Positions 52,843-61,987 of a stretch of 64,000 bases of DNA are shown in pieces. The stretch is from the NCBI GenBank assembly GCA_035623855.1, contig DASPSQ010000005.1:2093-66092 (forward strand), in the 5' to 3' direction. The first letter of the stretch is position 1. Each line of letters begins with the position of its first letter. The notes under the pieces are model-generated. The model worked only from the letters and a program-made list of their open reading frames with translations. It did no database searches and was not told the DNA's origin. Source of the stretch: Thermoplasmata archaeon (GTDB lineage: Archaea > Thermoplasmatota > Thermoplasmata > Lutacidiplasmatales > UBA184). Position numbers and translations under genes: made by a program.

Positions 52843-52865
52843 CCGCGACCCGCGCGGAGTACGTA

Positions 52866-53393
52866 ATGGGCGGAGGCCGGTTCGGCCTCGCCGTGGCGTT
52901 CTGGCTCGTGAAGGAGGAACCCCGGCACTACTCGTGGACTGACCTCGAGCGGGAGGGAGGTACCGAGTGGGATGGAGTCCACAACGCTCTGGCGCTGCGG
53001 AACCTGAAATCGATGGGGGCGGGGGACCGGGCGATCTTCTACCATTCCGGCGATGAGCGCTCGTGCATCGGGATTCTGGAGGTCGTCGGTTCCCCGCATC
53101 CCGACCCCCGCGACGCGCGGGGCTCGTGGTCGGTCGAGGTGCGGCCGGTTCGACCCCTGCGCCGACCGATCCCTCTCGCGGAGGTGAAGGCCGACCCGGC
53201 GCTCCTTGGGTTCGATCTGATTCGTCTCGGGCGTCTCTCGGTCGTCGCGGTGTCGGACGACCAGTGGGCCCGTCTGCTCGCCCACGAGGACGCCACTCCG
53301 GTTCCGGCCCGGCCGGCTACGGAAGCGCGCGCGGGTCGCGCGCGACGTAGCGCGCGACGTCGGAGACCGCGCGCGGCGCGGCGTAGACGCTGA
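52866..53393 (+). CDS. EVE (PUA-like) domain protein with an Arg-rich C-terminal tail.
   Basis: FWLVKEEPRHYSWTDLEREGGTEWDGVHNALALRNLKSMGAGDRAIFYHSGDERSCIGILEVVGSPHPD matches the EVE/PF01878 consensus (WLxKxEPxxYSxxDL…WDGVRN…MKxGDxxxFYHS). It lies 24 nt after the second KaiC-like gene. Confidence 0.6.
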   Translation: MGGGRFGLAVAFWLVKEEPRHYSWTDLEREGGTEWDGVHNALALRNLKSMGAGDRAIFYHSGDERSCIGILEVVGSPHPDPRDARGSWSVEVRPVRPLRRPIPLAEVKADPALLGFDLIRLGRLSVVAVSDDQWARLLAHEDATPVPARPATEARAGRARRSARRRRPRAARRRR

Positions 53394-54579
53394 CGGCCCA
53401 CTCGGATGGAGGTCGGGCGGCGAGCGTTCGCCACGGACTCGGCCGTCGGAAGGGAAAGAGCGTTCCCTCCCCTGTGAGGAGCCCGATCTCCCCCCAATCA
53501 TCCTCCGGAGCGTCCCGGGTGTCGAGCATCGCGAGGTCGATCAGCACCGAGCCCGCGGGCCGACGGACGCCGGACGCGATTTCGTCCTCGAGCGCGCGCC
53601 GCTCGGCCGGTCGACCGAGGAGCCGCTCCCACCGGGCCCGGGTTGGCCCTGGAAGAGTCGTCCAACCGAAGGCACGCTTGTAGAGGCGCCGCTCCAAGAG
53701 CCCCCGGGCAAGCGCCTCGCTCAGTCCCCCGGCTCCCTGGAGGCGGTCCAGGAACTCGCCGTCCGTTCGGCCGAACAGCGGCCGGGCGGATTCGGGATAT
53801 CCCGGCATCCGTTCCACGGCCGCCTGCGCCATCATCTCGGCCGCGCGGACGGTCTTGTGAAAGTACACGGATGTGTACATGAGCGCTCGACCCACAAGGA
53901 ACCCCTCGACGGCGCTCCGACCCTTCTCGGCGAACGCGAGCCGCCCCCCGGCCGCCCGGACTGTGTCGAGGAGCCGAACGGCGTCGATCGCCCCGTGCGC
54001 GACCCCGGTGTAGTACGCGTCCCGCTGGAGGTAGTCGATCCGGTCCGCATCGATCGGGCCGTGGAGGATCTGGCGAAGGAGAGGGGGACCGCGCGTAGAC
54101 CGACGGGGATCGATCAGGTCCGCCACGTCGCGGGGGTCGAGGCGGAATCGGGAGAGGACGGCCGGGACCTCCGGATGCTCCCACGGACCCTCCGATTCGG
54201 TTCCCTCGATGCGGGCCCGGGAGAGCGTCTCGTGCCCGAATCCGAGCACCTCGCGCATCGGTGAATCGAGGGTGTGGGAGAAGGGACCGTGGCCGACGTC
54301 ATGGAGGAGCGAACCCGCCGCGACCCGGGACGCGTCGCTCGCGGGGAGATCTAGGCGGGCCGCCATCTCGCTCGCGACCCAGTAGGTTCCGAGCGAATGT
54401 TCGAGCCGCGTGTGATTCGCTCCGGGGAAGACGAGATGGGCGAATCCCGTCTGGCGAATGCCCCAGAGACGTTGGAATTCCGGCGTACTGACCAGCGCGA
54501 GGGCGACACCGTCGAGTCGGATCGGGCCGTGGACCGGGTCGAAGATCGACTTGTGGTGGGAACGGGCCCGAGACCGCAT
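53317..54579 (-). CDS. HD-domain phosphohydrolase (dGTPase-like, COG1078-type).
   Basis: HTRLEHSLGT, LLHDVGHGPFSH, DADRIDYLQRDAYYTG. The 3' end overlaps the EVE gene tail by 77 nt (convergent). Confidence 0.7.
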   Translation of the reverse strand: MRSRARSHHKSIFDPVHGPIRLDGVALALVSTPEFQRLWGIRQTGFAHLVFPGANHTRLEHSLGTYWVASEMAARLDLPASDASRVAAGSLLHDVGHGPFSHTLDSPMREVLGFGHETLSRARIEGTESEGPWEHPEVPAVLSRFRLDPRDVADLIDPRRSTRGPPLLRQILHGPIDADRIDYLQRDAYYTGVAHGAIDAVRLLDTVRAAGGRLAFAEKGRSAVEGFLVGRALMYTSVYFHKTVRAAEMMAQAAVERMPGYPESARPLFGRTDGEFLDRLQGAGGLSEALARGLLERRLYKRAFGWTTLPGPTRARWERLLGRPAERRALEDEIASGVRRPAGSVLIDLAMLDTRDAPEDDWGEIGLLTGEGTLFPFRRPSPWRTLAARPPSEWAVSVYAAPRAVSDVARYVARDPRALP

Positions 54580-54686
54580 CGCGACCTCGGCCCGACCGCG
54601 CCCAGGAAATAAACGGGTTTCCGGGGGCCGGACGATTTCCTCTGGTTCCGAACGTATTTACGCGAGGGGACCGTCCGGTCGCGGGC

Positions 54687-57600
54687 ATGGCCGAGGACGA
54701 CTCCGCACCGGTGGCGAAGGCACCGACCGGCACCGACCCCATCGAGGAGATCCGCCGCCAGTTCCAAGAGGTGCATGCGGCGGAGGCTCGCCCGGACCGG
54801 GCCCGGTACCTGAGCAGTCTCAAGGGGTTCTTCGCCACGGTCGAAGCCCACTCGAAGGAACTCGGCCCCGCCGCAAGCGAAATCGCGCCGATGCTTGCCG
54901 ACGTGGCACTTGCGTTCTCGCGCGCCTCCCACCCGGATCTCGCCCGGCGTGCTGTCGATCTCGGCCTGGAGTTCTCCCCGGGCTCGTCCGCCCTCTTGCA
55001 TCACAAGGCGCTTCTCCTGCTCGGCCAGAACCAGGACCTTCCTCAGGTTCTGACGCTGGTCGATAGGGCGCTCGAAGGGAACCCGAACGACAAAGGTATC
55101 TGGGCGACCCGAGGGGACGTGCTCCGCCTCCAGGGTCGTGCGCCGGAGGCGGTGGAATCGTACCTTCACGCGCAACAGCTCGATGCGTCCTCCACCCAGT
55201 ACGTCGACAAGGCCCTCAAGCTGGCCCCCCACGACCCTCACACGTTGCGCGCGAAGCTCGACCTCGCGCGAGCGTTGGGTGGAGACGTCCGTGCGCTCGC
55301 GGCCTGTGATGAACTGCTTGCGATGAATCCGGACGACCTGGAGCTGGTCCGTGCGAGGGCCGAACTCCTGGCAGCGCTGGGTCGCGGCGCCGACGCACTC
55401 GAGCCGATCCAACGGGTACGGGCGGCCCACCCGGACGACGCCCGCGCTGCACTCTTCCACGCTCGGCTACTGTACCAGCTCGGCCAGGACGAGGAGGCCC
55501 AAGCGATTTCAAAGTCCATCATCGAGGCGCCGACCCCGCCGGAGCCCGCGGCGCTCGAAGAGCTCGCGCACCTCACGGAGCCGAAGACCCCCGAGCTCGC
55601 GCTGGCGGCCCGGGAGCGCCTGCAAGCGGTCGACTCGCGGAACGTCCAGAACCTTTTGGATCTGCGGGCCCTCGCGATGCGGCTCGAACGGCCCGAGCCG
55701 GCCCTCAAAGCGTGCCAGGCGATCCTCGCCGCGCACCCACAGAACCTGGAGGCGATGCGAGGGATCGCTGAGATCGAGCTCGCCGAGGGACATCACGACG
55801 CGGCGCTCGAGGCGTATCGGGACCTTCTGAAAGCCCACCCCCACGCGCTGAGCGAGTCGAGGAAGGGCCTCGAGGCGGCGCGGGAGGCGAACCGGCCGGA
55901 TCTCGTCCGGGAGTTCGCCCAGGCGATCCTGGTCGAGGAGCCGAACGATCTCGCCGCCCAGCTCGGGCTCGCCCGGGCATTCTCGAGCGCGGGCGACGCG
56001 GAGGGGGCGATCAAGGCGTACGACGCGCTACTCGAGGCGCATCCGGGAGAGCTCCCGTACCTTCTGGAGAAGAAGGAGATGGTCGCCCGGACGAACGACC
56101 CCGGCAAGCTCGCCCCCGTTCTGGACGAGCTGTTCCGACTCGACCCGACGCGCACGGATGTCGCGATCGAGCGGGGGAACCTCTTCCTCTCGCTCGCGTA
56201 CGACCGCGCGGAGGGTTCTGCGGAGCGGGACCAGGCGGCGCGGACCGCGCTCGTTTCCTACGAACGGGCATCGAGCGATCCCGACGCCGTGGACGTCGCG
56301 GAGCTCGGGGTCGCCCGAGCCTCGCGTCTCGTGAACGATCACGATCGTGCGATCCGCGCCTACGAGGCGTTCCTCGCCCGGGAACCGAACCACATGCGGA
56401 ACGACATCCTCAAGGAGCTCGGCCACGCGCTTAGAGAGACCGGTCGGTACTCGGAGGCCGCCGAGGCGTACGGGCGGGCGATCGGGGGTGGCCTCGAGGA
56501 CTCCGATCTCTTCTGGGGCGCGGTCGATGTCCTCGCGCTCCTGAACCAGGACGCTCGGGCCCTTCAGCTGCTCGAGCTCCTCTTGCGACGCGAGCCCGCG
56601 AATCCGCTGTACCTCCGCAAGCGGGGTCAGCTCCTCCTCAAGGCGGGCCGCCGTTCCGAGGCGCTCAGCACGCTCCAAGAAGCCGTGCAGGCCGCACACG
56701 GCGATCCCCACTCGTACTTCGAGGTCGCGGAAGCACTGCGCGCCCAGGGCGCCTACGCCGATGCGCTGACGTACTACCGGCAGGGCCTCGGGATCGATCC
56801 GAAGAACCGGCACGGCCGGCTCGCGCTCGCCGAGACCCTCCAGCTCGCCGGCCAGTACTCGGAGGTCCCGGGAATCGTCGACCCGCTCCTCAACGAAGAG
56901 CCGAACGACCTTGCGGCCTGGAAGGTCCGGGGCGATGCCCTTCGGGCCCTCGGTCGACCCGCCGAGGTGCTGTACTCGCTCCGCGCCATCCTCCTCCTGG
57001 AACCCGACAACGGCCCAGCACTGCTCGAGAAGTACCGTCTCCACACCGAGATGAACGAGACGAAGGAGGCGTTCGAGACTCTGAGCCACCTGTTGTCCAC
57101 CACTGCCCCCGAGGCCCAGGACGCGACCCTCCACCTCGAACGGGGAGACCTCGCGGCAAGCCTCGGATTGACCGAGGAAGCGAACGTGTCGTACGAGCAC
57201 GCCGCTCAGATCGATCCGGCGTACCGTACCGAGATCGCGATCCGACGGGCGCGCCTTCGCCTGACCGCCGGGAGGCCCGACCTCGCGCTCGAAGTCCTGG
57301 ACGAGGGACTGAAGGCCGCCCCCGCAGGCGCGCCGCCGAACATCGGGGCGCTCCTCCTGCGCGCGGAGATCTTGGGGGCGCTCGAGCGACCGGCCGAGGC
57401 GCGGGCCGCCTATGAGGAGGTCCGCCAGCGGGAGCCGAAGTCACCTCTAGCGCTCGCGGGAATCGCTCGGTCGATGCTCGAGGAGGGCCAACACGCCGAG
57501 GCGGCCGAGTTCCTCCGGACCGCGATCCCGCAGGCCCCTCCCCAGGAGTCCCTCTACCTCCTCCTCGGCGAAGCGGAGAGCGGTCTCGGCCACCTCGACA

Positions 57601-59351
57601 AGGCCAGCGAAGCCGTGCGCAAGGGCGTCGAGGTCCTACCGAAGAGCGTCGCGCTCTGGGCCCGGGAAGGCGAGCTCGGCGTCGCCCGCCAGGCCTGGGC
57701 CGACGCGGCGGGTGCGTACGCCCACGCGCTCGCCCTCACGCCGAGCGCGGTCGACGTCCTTCTGCGGGCGGGCTACGTCGCGGAGAAGCTCGAGCACCCG
57801 AACGAGGCGCTCGCGCTCTACGATCGCGCGACCGAGGCGGATCCGAAGAGCGTGGCCGCATGGACGAGCCGGGGCCTCGCGCTCATTGCGACCGGGCGGC
57901 CGGCCGACGCCGTCGCGAGCTTCGATCGTGCGCTCGCGCTCGACTCGGACTACGCTCCCGCAAAGGACGGGAAGAAGGTCGCGATCCAGAAAACGAAGGA
58001 CGCCGAAGTCCAGCGCTACGGCCGGGAAGCCCTCCTGCTCGAGGCGCGCCTCAACCGGACCGTCGCGAAGAACGATCTCTTCGTCACCCTCCACGTCCCG
58101 TACGAGTTCCTGGATGCGGTGCTCGCGGCGATCAGCCGGACGGTCAAGATCAACCTCGACCGTCTCGATTCCGCCGAGATCCGTGACCTCGAGAGCGCCT
58201 CGTACCACCTCATCACCTCTGCCCTCGAGCACCGCCCTCCCGGGATCGAGCGTCGGGGGTTCACCCTTGCCGACGTGGCGGTCCTCTCACCCCCCACGTA
58301 TACGCTTGACCAGGTGGAACGGCTCTTCAGCTACCTGCGGGCGGTTCTCGAGGCCGATCTGCGACCGGAGAATCTCGCCCTCACTCCGGACGTCGAGGAG
58401 CTCGCGCGCCAGGCGCTCGTCCTCCCGCCGGAGCAGCGAACGCTCTTCCAGATCGTGAAGAACCTCCGAGTCGGGCTGTACAAGGCGCGCCTCATCAAGG
58501 CCGTCGAGGAGGCCGGTGCGGCCGTCCATGCCCCGCTCCCGTCGCTCGACCTCGGCGCCTTCTCGCCGGAGTTCCGCACCGCCGGCGCACCCGAAGCAGC
58601 TCCGGAGAGTACGGTCCTCATCGAGGCCGCGGCGGTCGTTCCACCCGTCGCTGAGGCCGAGGTTGTCGTCGCTCCAGCCCCGACCGCGGGGGATTGGAGT
58701 GCGGCCCCCGAGCCGGCGGTCCCCGGACCCGCCCCCGCTGTCTCCCGGGGCGAACCGGCCCAGATGCGCTGCGTGGGATGCGGAGGGATCGCGGCGGTCC
58801 GCCATTCCTGCGGGGCCCCGCTCTGCCAGCACTGCATCGGTCAATTCCCGAACTGTCCAAAATGCGGGGAACCGGTCTCCGCGCTCACGACCCGACCCAT
58901 GGCGGGCGTCGTCGTCCAGTCGCCCCGCGCAAAGCCGGCCACCCGGCCCGCCTCCGCTCTCGGGAGCCTGAAGGGAGTGTTCCAGCGCTCCAAGCCCCCC
59001 GCGCCGAAGCCCGAGGGACCCTCGAAGCCCTCCGTCGCACGTCCGGCCGCTCCGACAAAGCCGGCGCCCCGTCCTTCGGCACCCCCTCCGCGTCCGCGGG
59101 AAGGGAGCGCCCCGAGCGCTCCCGGACCCAAGGGAGCGGCCCCGTCCTCTTCCGCCAAGCCCCCCGCGCTACCGGGCAAGACCGCGACCGCTGGAGCTCA
59201 GCCCCCTGGAACTCCACCGGGTAAGGCCGCCGCTACCGCTCCCGGTCCTGAAACTCCCCCAGCGAAGCCTGGAGCGACCGGCCCACCGTCGGGTCCGCCG
59301 GCAGGGGCCCATCCAAAGCGGGAGAAGAAGGACGACGAACCGAGGCTGTAG
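54687..59351 (+). CDS. Giant TPR-repeat protein (1554 aa) with a C-terminal zinc-ribbon/treble-clef module and a Pro/Ala-rich tail.
   Basis: About 30 or more Ala/Leu-rich TPR-like repeats (e.g. AEAYGRAIG…, ALALYDRATEADPKSVAAWTSRGLAL). Near the C-terminus: CVGCGGIAAVRHSCGAPLCQHCIGQFPNCPKCGEP. Confidence 0.7.
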   Translation: MAEDDSAPVAKAPTGTDPIEEIRRQFQEVHAAEARPDRARYLSSLKGFFATVEAHSKELGPAASEIAPMLADVALAFSRASHPDLARRAVDLGLEFSPGSSALLHHKALLLLGQNQDLPQVLTLVDRALEGNPNDKGIWATRGDVLRLQGRAPEAVESYLHAQQLDASSTQYVDKALKLAPHDPHTLRAKLDLARALGGDVRALAACDELLAMNPDDLELVRARAELLAALGRGADALEPIQRVRAAHPDDARAALFHARLLYQLGQDEEAQAISKSIIEAPTPPEPAALEELAHLTEPKTPELALAARERLQAVDSRNVQNLLDLRALAMRLERPEPALKACQAILAAHPQNLEAMRGIAEIELAEGHHDAALEAYRDLLKAHPHALSESRKGLEAAREANRPDLVREFAQAILVEEPNDLAAQLGLARAFSSAGDAEGAIKAYDALLEAHPGELPYLLEKKEMVARTNDPGKLAPVLDELFRLDPTRTDVAIERGNLFLSLAYDRAEGSAERDQAARTALVSYERASSDPDAVDVAELGVARASRLVNDHDRAIRAYEAFLAREPNHMRNDILKELGHALRETGRYSEAAEAYGRAIGGGLEDSDLFWGAVDVLALLNQDARALQLLELLLRREPANPLYLRKRGQLLLKAGRRSEALSTLQEAVQAAHGDPHSYFEVAEALRAQGAYADALTYYRQGLGIDPKNRHGRLALAETLQLAGQYSEVPGIVDPLLNEEPNDLAAWKVRGDALRALGRPAEVLYSLRAILLLEPDNGPALLEKYRLHTEMNETKEAFETLSHLLSTTAPEAQDATLHLERGDLAASLGLTEEANVSYEHAAQIDPAYRTEIAIRRARLRLTAGRPDLALEVLDEGLKAAPAGAPPNIGALLLRAEILGALERPAEARAAYEEVRQREPKSPLALAGIARSMLEEGQHAEAAEFLRTAIPQAPPQESLYLLLGEAESGLGHLDKASEAVRKGVEVLPKSVALWAREGELGVARQAWADAAGAYAHALALTPSAVDVLLRAGYVAEKLEHPNEALALYDRATEADPKSVAAWTSRGLALIATGRPADAVASFDRALALDSDYAPAKDGKKVAIQKTKDAEVQRYGREALLLEARLNRTVAKNDLFVTLHVPYEFLDAVLAAISRTVKINLDRLDSAEIRDLESASYHLITSALEHRPPGIERRGFTLADVAVLSPPTYTLDQVERLFSYLRAVLEADLRPENLALTPDVEELARQALVLPPEQRTLFQIVKNLRVGLYKARLIKAVEEAGAAVHAPLPSLDLGAFSPEFRTAGAPEAAPESTVLIEAAAVVPPVAEAEVVVAPAPTAGDWSAAPEPAVPGPAPAVSRGEPAQMRCVGCGGIAAVRHSCGAPLCQHCIGQFPNCPKCGEPVSALTTRPMAGVVVQSPRAKPATRPASALGSLKGVFQRSKPPAPKPEGPSKPSVARPAAPTKPAPRPSAPPPRPREGSAPSAPGPKGAAPSSSAKPPALPGKTATAGAQPPGTPPGKAAATAPGPETPPAKPGATGPPSGPPAGAHPKREKKDDEPRL

Positions 59352-59458
59352 GCATCTCCGTCCTCTATCGCCTGGGCCGCGAGGGCTCTAAGACGAAACG
59401 CCTGGCAGGTCCAAGACCCGGGATGGTCCGAACGGGCCAAACCCTGGGCCTCACTCTC

Positions 59459-59463
59459 TTATA
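59459..59463 (+). promoter_or_regulatory. TATA-like element (cTTATAg) ~33 nt upstream of the 59496 ATG, followed by the T-rich tgcatttttcg.
   Basis: AT-rich patch in a 144-bp intergenic region. Confidence 0.3.
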
Positions 59464-59495
59464 GTCGCCCTGCATTTTTCGTTGGGTCGATCTCC

Positions 59496-60047
59496 ATGGC
59501 AACCAGCTCACCGACGCTCCAACCGGTGCGAACGAAGTGGAGCGCGCCTCTGATCACCGCCCTCTTTCTGGTCGTCGCGGTGCTCGTCTTTGCCGGGATC
59601 TACCTCTCCGTCACTTCGGACCACGGATTCTGGGCGCTGATCGCGATCGGCGTCCTGTCACTGATCTTCTCGGGCGGCGCGTACCTGATGGAATCGGTCT
59701 CGCGTCAGCCGACCGCCCAGCGATCGCTCGCCTGGGGGTTCTTCGGGATGGGGTTCGCGGTCCTCCTTCTCACGATCGGACTCGGTCCGACATATGGGGT
59801 CCTCTCGACCATGGGGATGATCTGGGGCCTGGTCATCGTCCTCGTGGCCCTGATCATCGCGGTCGCACTCATCGCCTGGCGCGTCCGGGCGGTCCGGGCG
59901 ACGCAGAACCTCGAGGTCTCCCGATCCGCCTGGCGGAGCGAGCCGCCTACCTCGGCGTTCTCGTACGCCGCGGCGAACTCCCCGAGCGTTCCCGCCACGG
60001 CCCCGCCGCCTCCTTCGAACCCGCCCCAACCCCCGCGGAGCCCGTAA
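59496..60047 (+). CDS. Hypothetical integral membrane protein (4 TM helices) with a Pro-rich C-terminus.
   Basis: Four clear hydrophobic helices. It is the first gene of a tight four-gene cluster. Confidence 0.5.
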   Translation: MATSSPTLQPVRTKWSAPLITALFLVVAVLVFAGIYLSVTSDHGFWALIAIGVLSLIFSGGAYLMESVSRQPTAQRSLAWGFFGMGFAVLLLTIGLGPTYGVLSTMGMIWGLVIVLVALIIAVALIAWRVRAVRATQNLEVSRSAWRSEPPTSAFSYAAANSPSVPATAPPPPSNPPQPPRSP

Positions 60048-60048
60048 G

Positions 60049-60765
60049 ATGGCCGCCAATCCAGCTCCTCCGTCCCCCCCGGCTGTGCCCCCCGCCACCG
60101 GAGCGGCGTTGACGTGCCCGAAGTGCGGAGCGGTCGCGCCTCCGAACTCCCGGTACTGCAACGCGTGCGGCTCGTCGCTCTTCACCCAGGGCGGCAGTTC
60201 GACCGGGACCCAGGCTCCGGCGAATGCGCCACCGGTCGACCTTCGCGAGAAGGTCGAAAGCGACCGGGGGACCCTGAAGCGGCTGCAGCTGCTCATCCCC
60301 GGCTACCGCGGCTACCGCCAGGGGGAGGACATCCGAGAGGCGGACAGCTTCCTTCGCATTCAGGTGGCGGACAAGGTCAGGAACGCGCGAACGACCGTCG
60401 AGAACGCCCGGACGGCCCTCACGAACTCGAACCAGTTCCAGGCGCTCTACGACCTTGCGCCGTTGATCTCGGACCTCTGGCGGTTCGAAGGCGAGGTGCG
60501 CAACGCCGAACAGGGGTACACCGGAATCTCGGCCGCGGTCCGGATCAACCCGCAGCAGCTCGATCGGCTGTACGAATACGACTACGGGTTCGTCCTGGCG
60601 GCGGATACCCTGAGCCAGACGATCGCCCCTCTTCCGTCGGTCGCGGGCGGTTCGGACGGGGCGAAGACCAGCGCCCTGCTCGCCACGGCCCGGGGCCAGC
60701 TGAACCAGCTCGAGCAGGCATTCAAGGCGCGCATCCAGGTCATCGAAGGAATTCGGATCTCGTAG
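60049..60765 (+). CDS. Zinc-ribbon protein with a C-terminal ~180-aa helical domain.
   Basis: CPKCGAVAPPNSRYCNACG at the N-terminus. It starts 2 nt after the upstream stop. Confidence 0.5.
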   Translation: MAANPAPPSPPAVPPATGAALTCPKCGAVAPPNSRYCNACGSSLFTQGGSSTGTQAPANAPPVDLREKVESDRGTLKRLQLLIPGYRGYRQGEDIREADSFLRIQVADKVRNARTTVENARTALTNSNQFQALYDLAPLISDLWRFEGEVRNAEQGYTGISAAVRINPQQLDRLYEYDYGFVLAADTLSQTIAPLPSVAGGSDGAKTSALLATARGQLNQLEQAFKARIQVIEGIRIS

Positions 60766-60782
60766 GAAGATGGAGTAGAACG

Positions 60783-61943
60783 ATGGTCACCAACAACCCG
60801 ATACCGGCGACCGGCGGCAGCCTCATCGGCGCGACGACGATCAACTGGGAGGACGCCTACAAGGGGAACAACGTGATGTGGCGCGTCCCGCGCAACATCC
60901 GTCTGAACGACAACGTGGTCGTCCGCCAGGACGAGACCGCGGTCTTCTACCGGGATGGAAAGGTCCTCGCCTACCTCGATAAACCGGACCGCTACGCGCT
61001 CACGAGCTTGAACGCGCCGATCGTGGGCGGGCTCGTTCGCGCCCTGAGCGGGGTACGACAGGAGGCGGAGGTCTACTACCTCCAGCGCCGGATCTTCGAC
61101 GGGAAGTTCGGGAGCACCGAGCCGTACGTCTTCCGGGATCCGGACTTCGGCCTGGTCCAGCTCCGCGTCTTCGGCAGCTACCGCTGGCGGGTCGGAGCCC
61201 CGGACAATTTCATCAACCAGTTCGTCGGAACGTTCGGCGCGGTCTCGACGCCGGACGTCGAGAACCGCCTGCGCGACCAGATGGTCCTCCTGGTCTACAA
61301 CACCCTCGGCAAGATGAAGGACCAGGGGATGAAGGTCACCGACCTCGCGACCTCGCTCACGACGATCGAGCAGGCGATCCTCGGATTCGCCCCGCAGCAC
61401 TTCAGCCCGCTCGGGGTCGAGGTCAACCAGGTCCAAGGGCTCTCGATCAACCTCCCGGACGATGTCCAGGCGGCCGTGAACGAACGGTCGAAGATGGGTG
61501 TCCTCGGCGTGAACTACATGCAGTACCAGGCGGGCCAGGCGATGGTGGACGCGGCCAAGAACCCGTCCGGCGGCGCCGGCGCGATGGCCGGCGCAGGTGT
61601 CGGGCTCGGTGCGGGTCTGGGAATGGGGTACGGAATGACCGGCCAGATGTCCGGGATGTACGGCCCCGGCCCGGCGACCCCGTGCCCGAAGTGCGGCACG
61701 CTGGTTCCGGCGGGCAACCGATTCTGTCCGGGCTGCGGGAGCCCGATGGGCGGTGGACCTCCAGCCGCGACCGGGGCGCCGTGCCCGAAATGCGGGCAGC
61801 CGGCGCCCGCGGGCGTGAAGTTCTGCCCGAACTGCGGTGCCTCTCTTGCCCCGGCGCCTCCCCGCAAGTGCCCGAAGTGCAACCAGGACGTCCCGGCGAC
61901 GAGCAAGTTCTGCCCGAGCTGTGGCACCGCGATGACCGGCTGA
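60783..61943 (+). CDS. SPFH/Band-7-like domain protein with three C-terminal zinc ribbons (COG4260/YdjI-like architecture).
   Basis: N-terminal ~230-aa beta/alpha domain (WRVPRNIRLNDNVVVRQDETAVFYRDGKVLAYLDKPDRYALTS…), then CPKCGTLVPAGNRFCPGCG, CPKCGQPAPAGVKFCPNCG and CPKCNQDVPATSKFCPSCG. The SPFH assignment is from pattern recognition and is not verified. Confidence 0.5.
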   Translation: MVTNNPIPATGGSLIGATTINWEDAYKGNNVMWRVPRNIRLNDNVVVRQDETAVFYRDGKVLAYLDKPDRYALTSLNAPIVGGLVRALSGVRQEAEVYYLQRRIFDGKFGSTEPYVFRDPDFGLVQLRVFGSYRWRVGAPDNFINQFVGTFGAVSTPDVENRLRDQMVLLVYNTLGKMKDQGMKVTDLATSLTTIEQAILGFAPQHFSPLGVEVNQVQGLSINLPDDVQAAVNERSKMGVLGVNYMQYQAGQAMVDAAKNPSGGAGAMAGAGVGLGAGLGMGYGMTGQMSGMYGPGPATPCPKCGTLVPAGNRFCPGCGSPMGGGPPAATGAPCPKCGQPAPAGVKFCPNCGASLAPAPPRKCPKCNQDVPATSKFCPSCGTAMTG

Positions 61944-61987
61944 GTTGCTCGAGATTCCAGTAGAACGGTAGGGGGATCGAAACGGAC

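Noticed and set aside
52059-52865. N-terminal part of the 444-aa plus-strand ORF containing the EVE domain.
   Set aside because: It overlaps the second KaiC-like gene in a different frame and is Arg/Pro/Gly-rich. The EVE consensus begins at the ATG at 52866.
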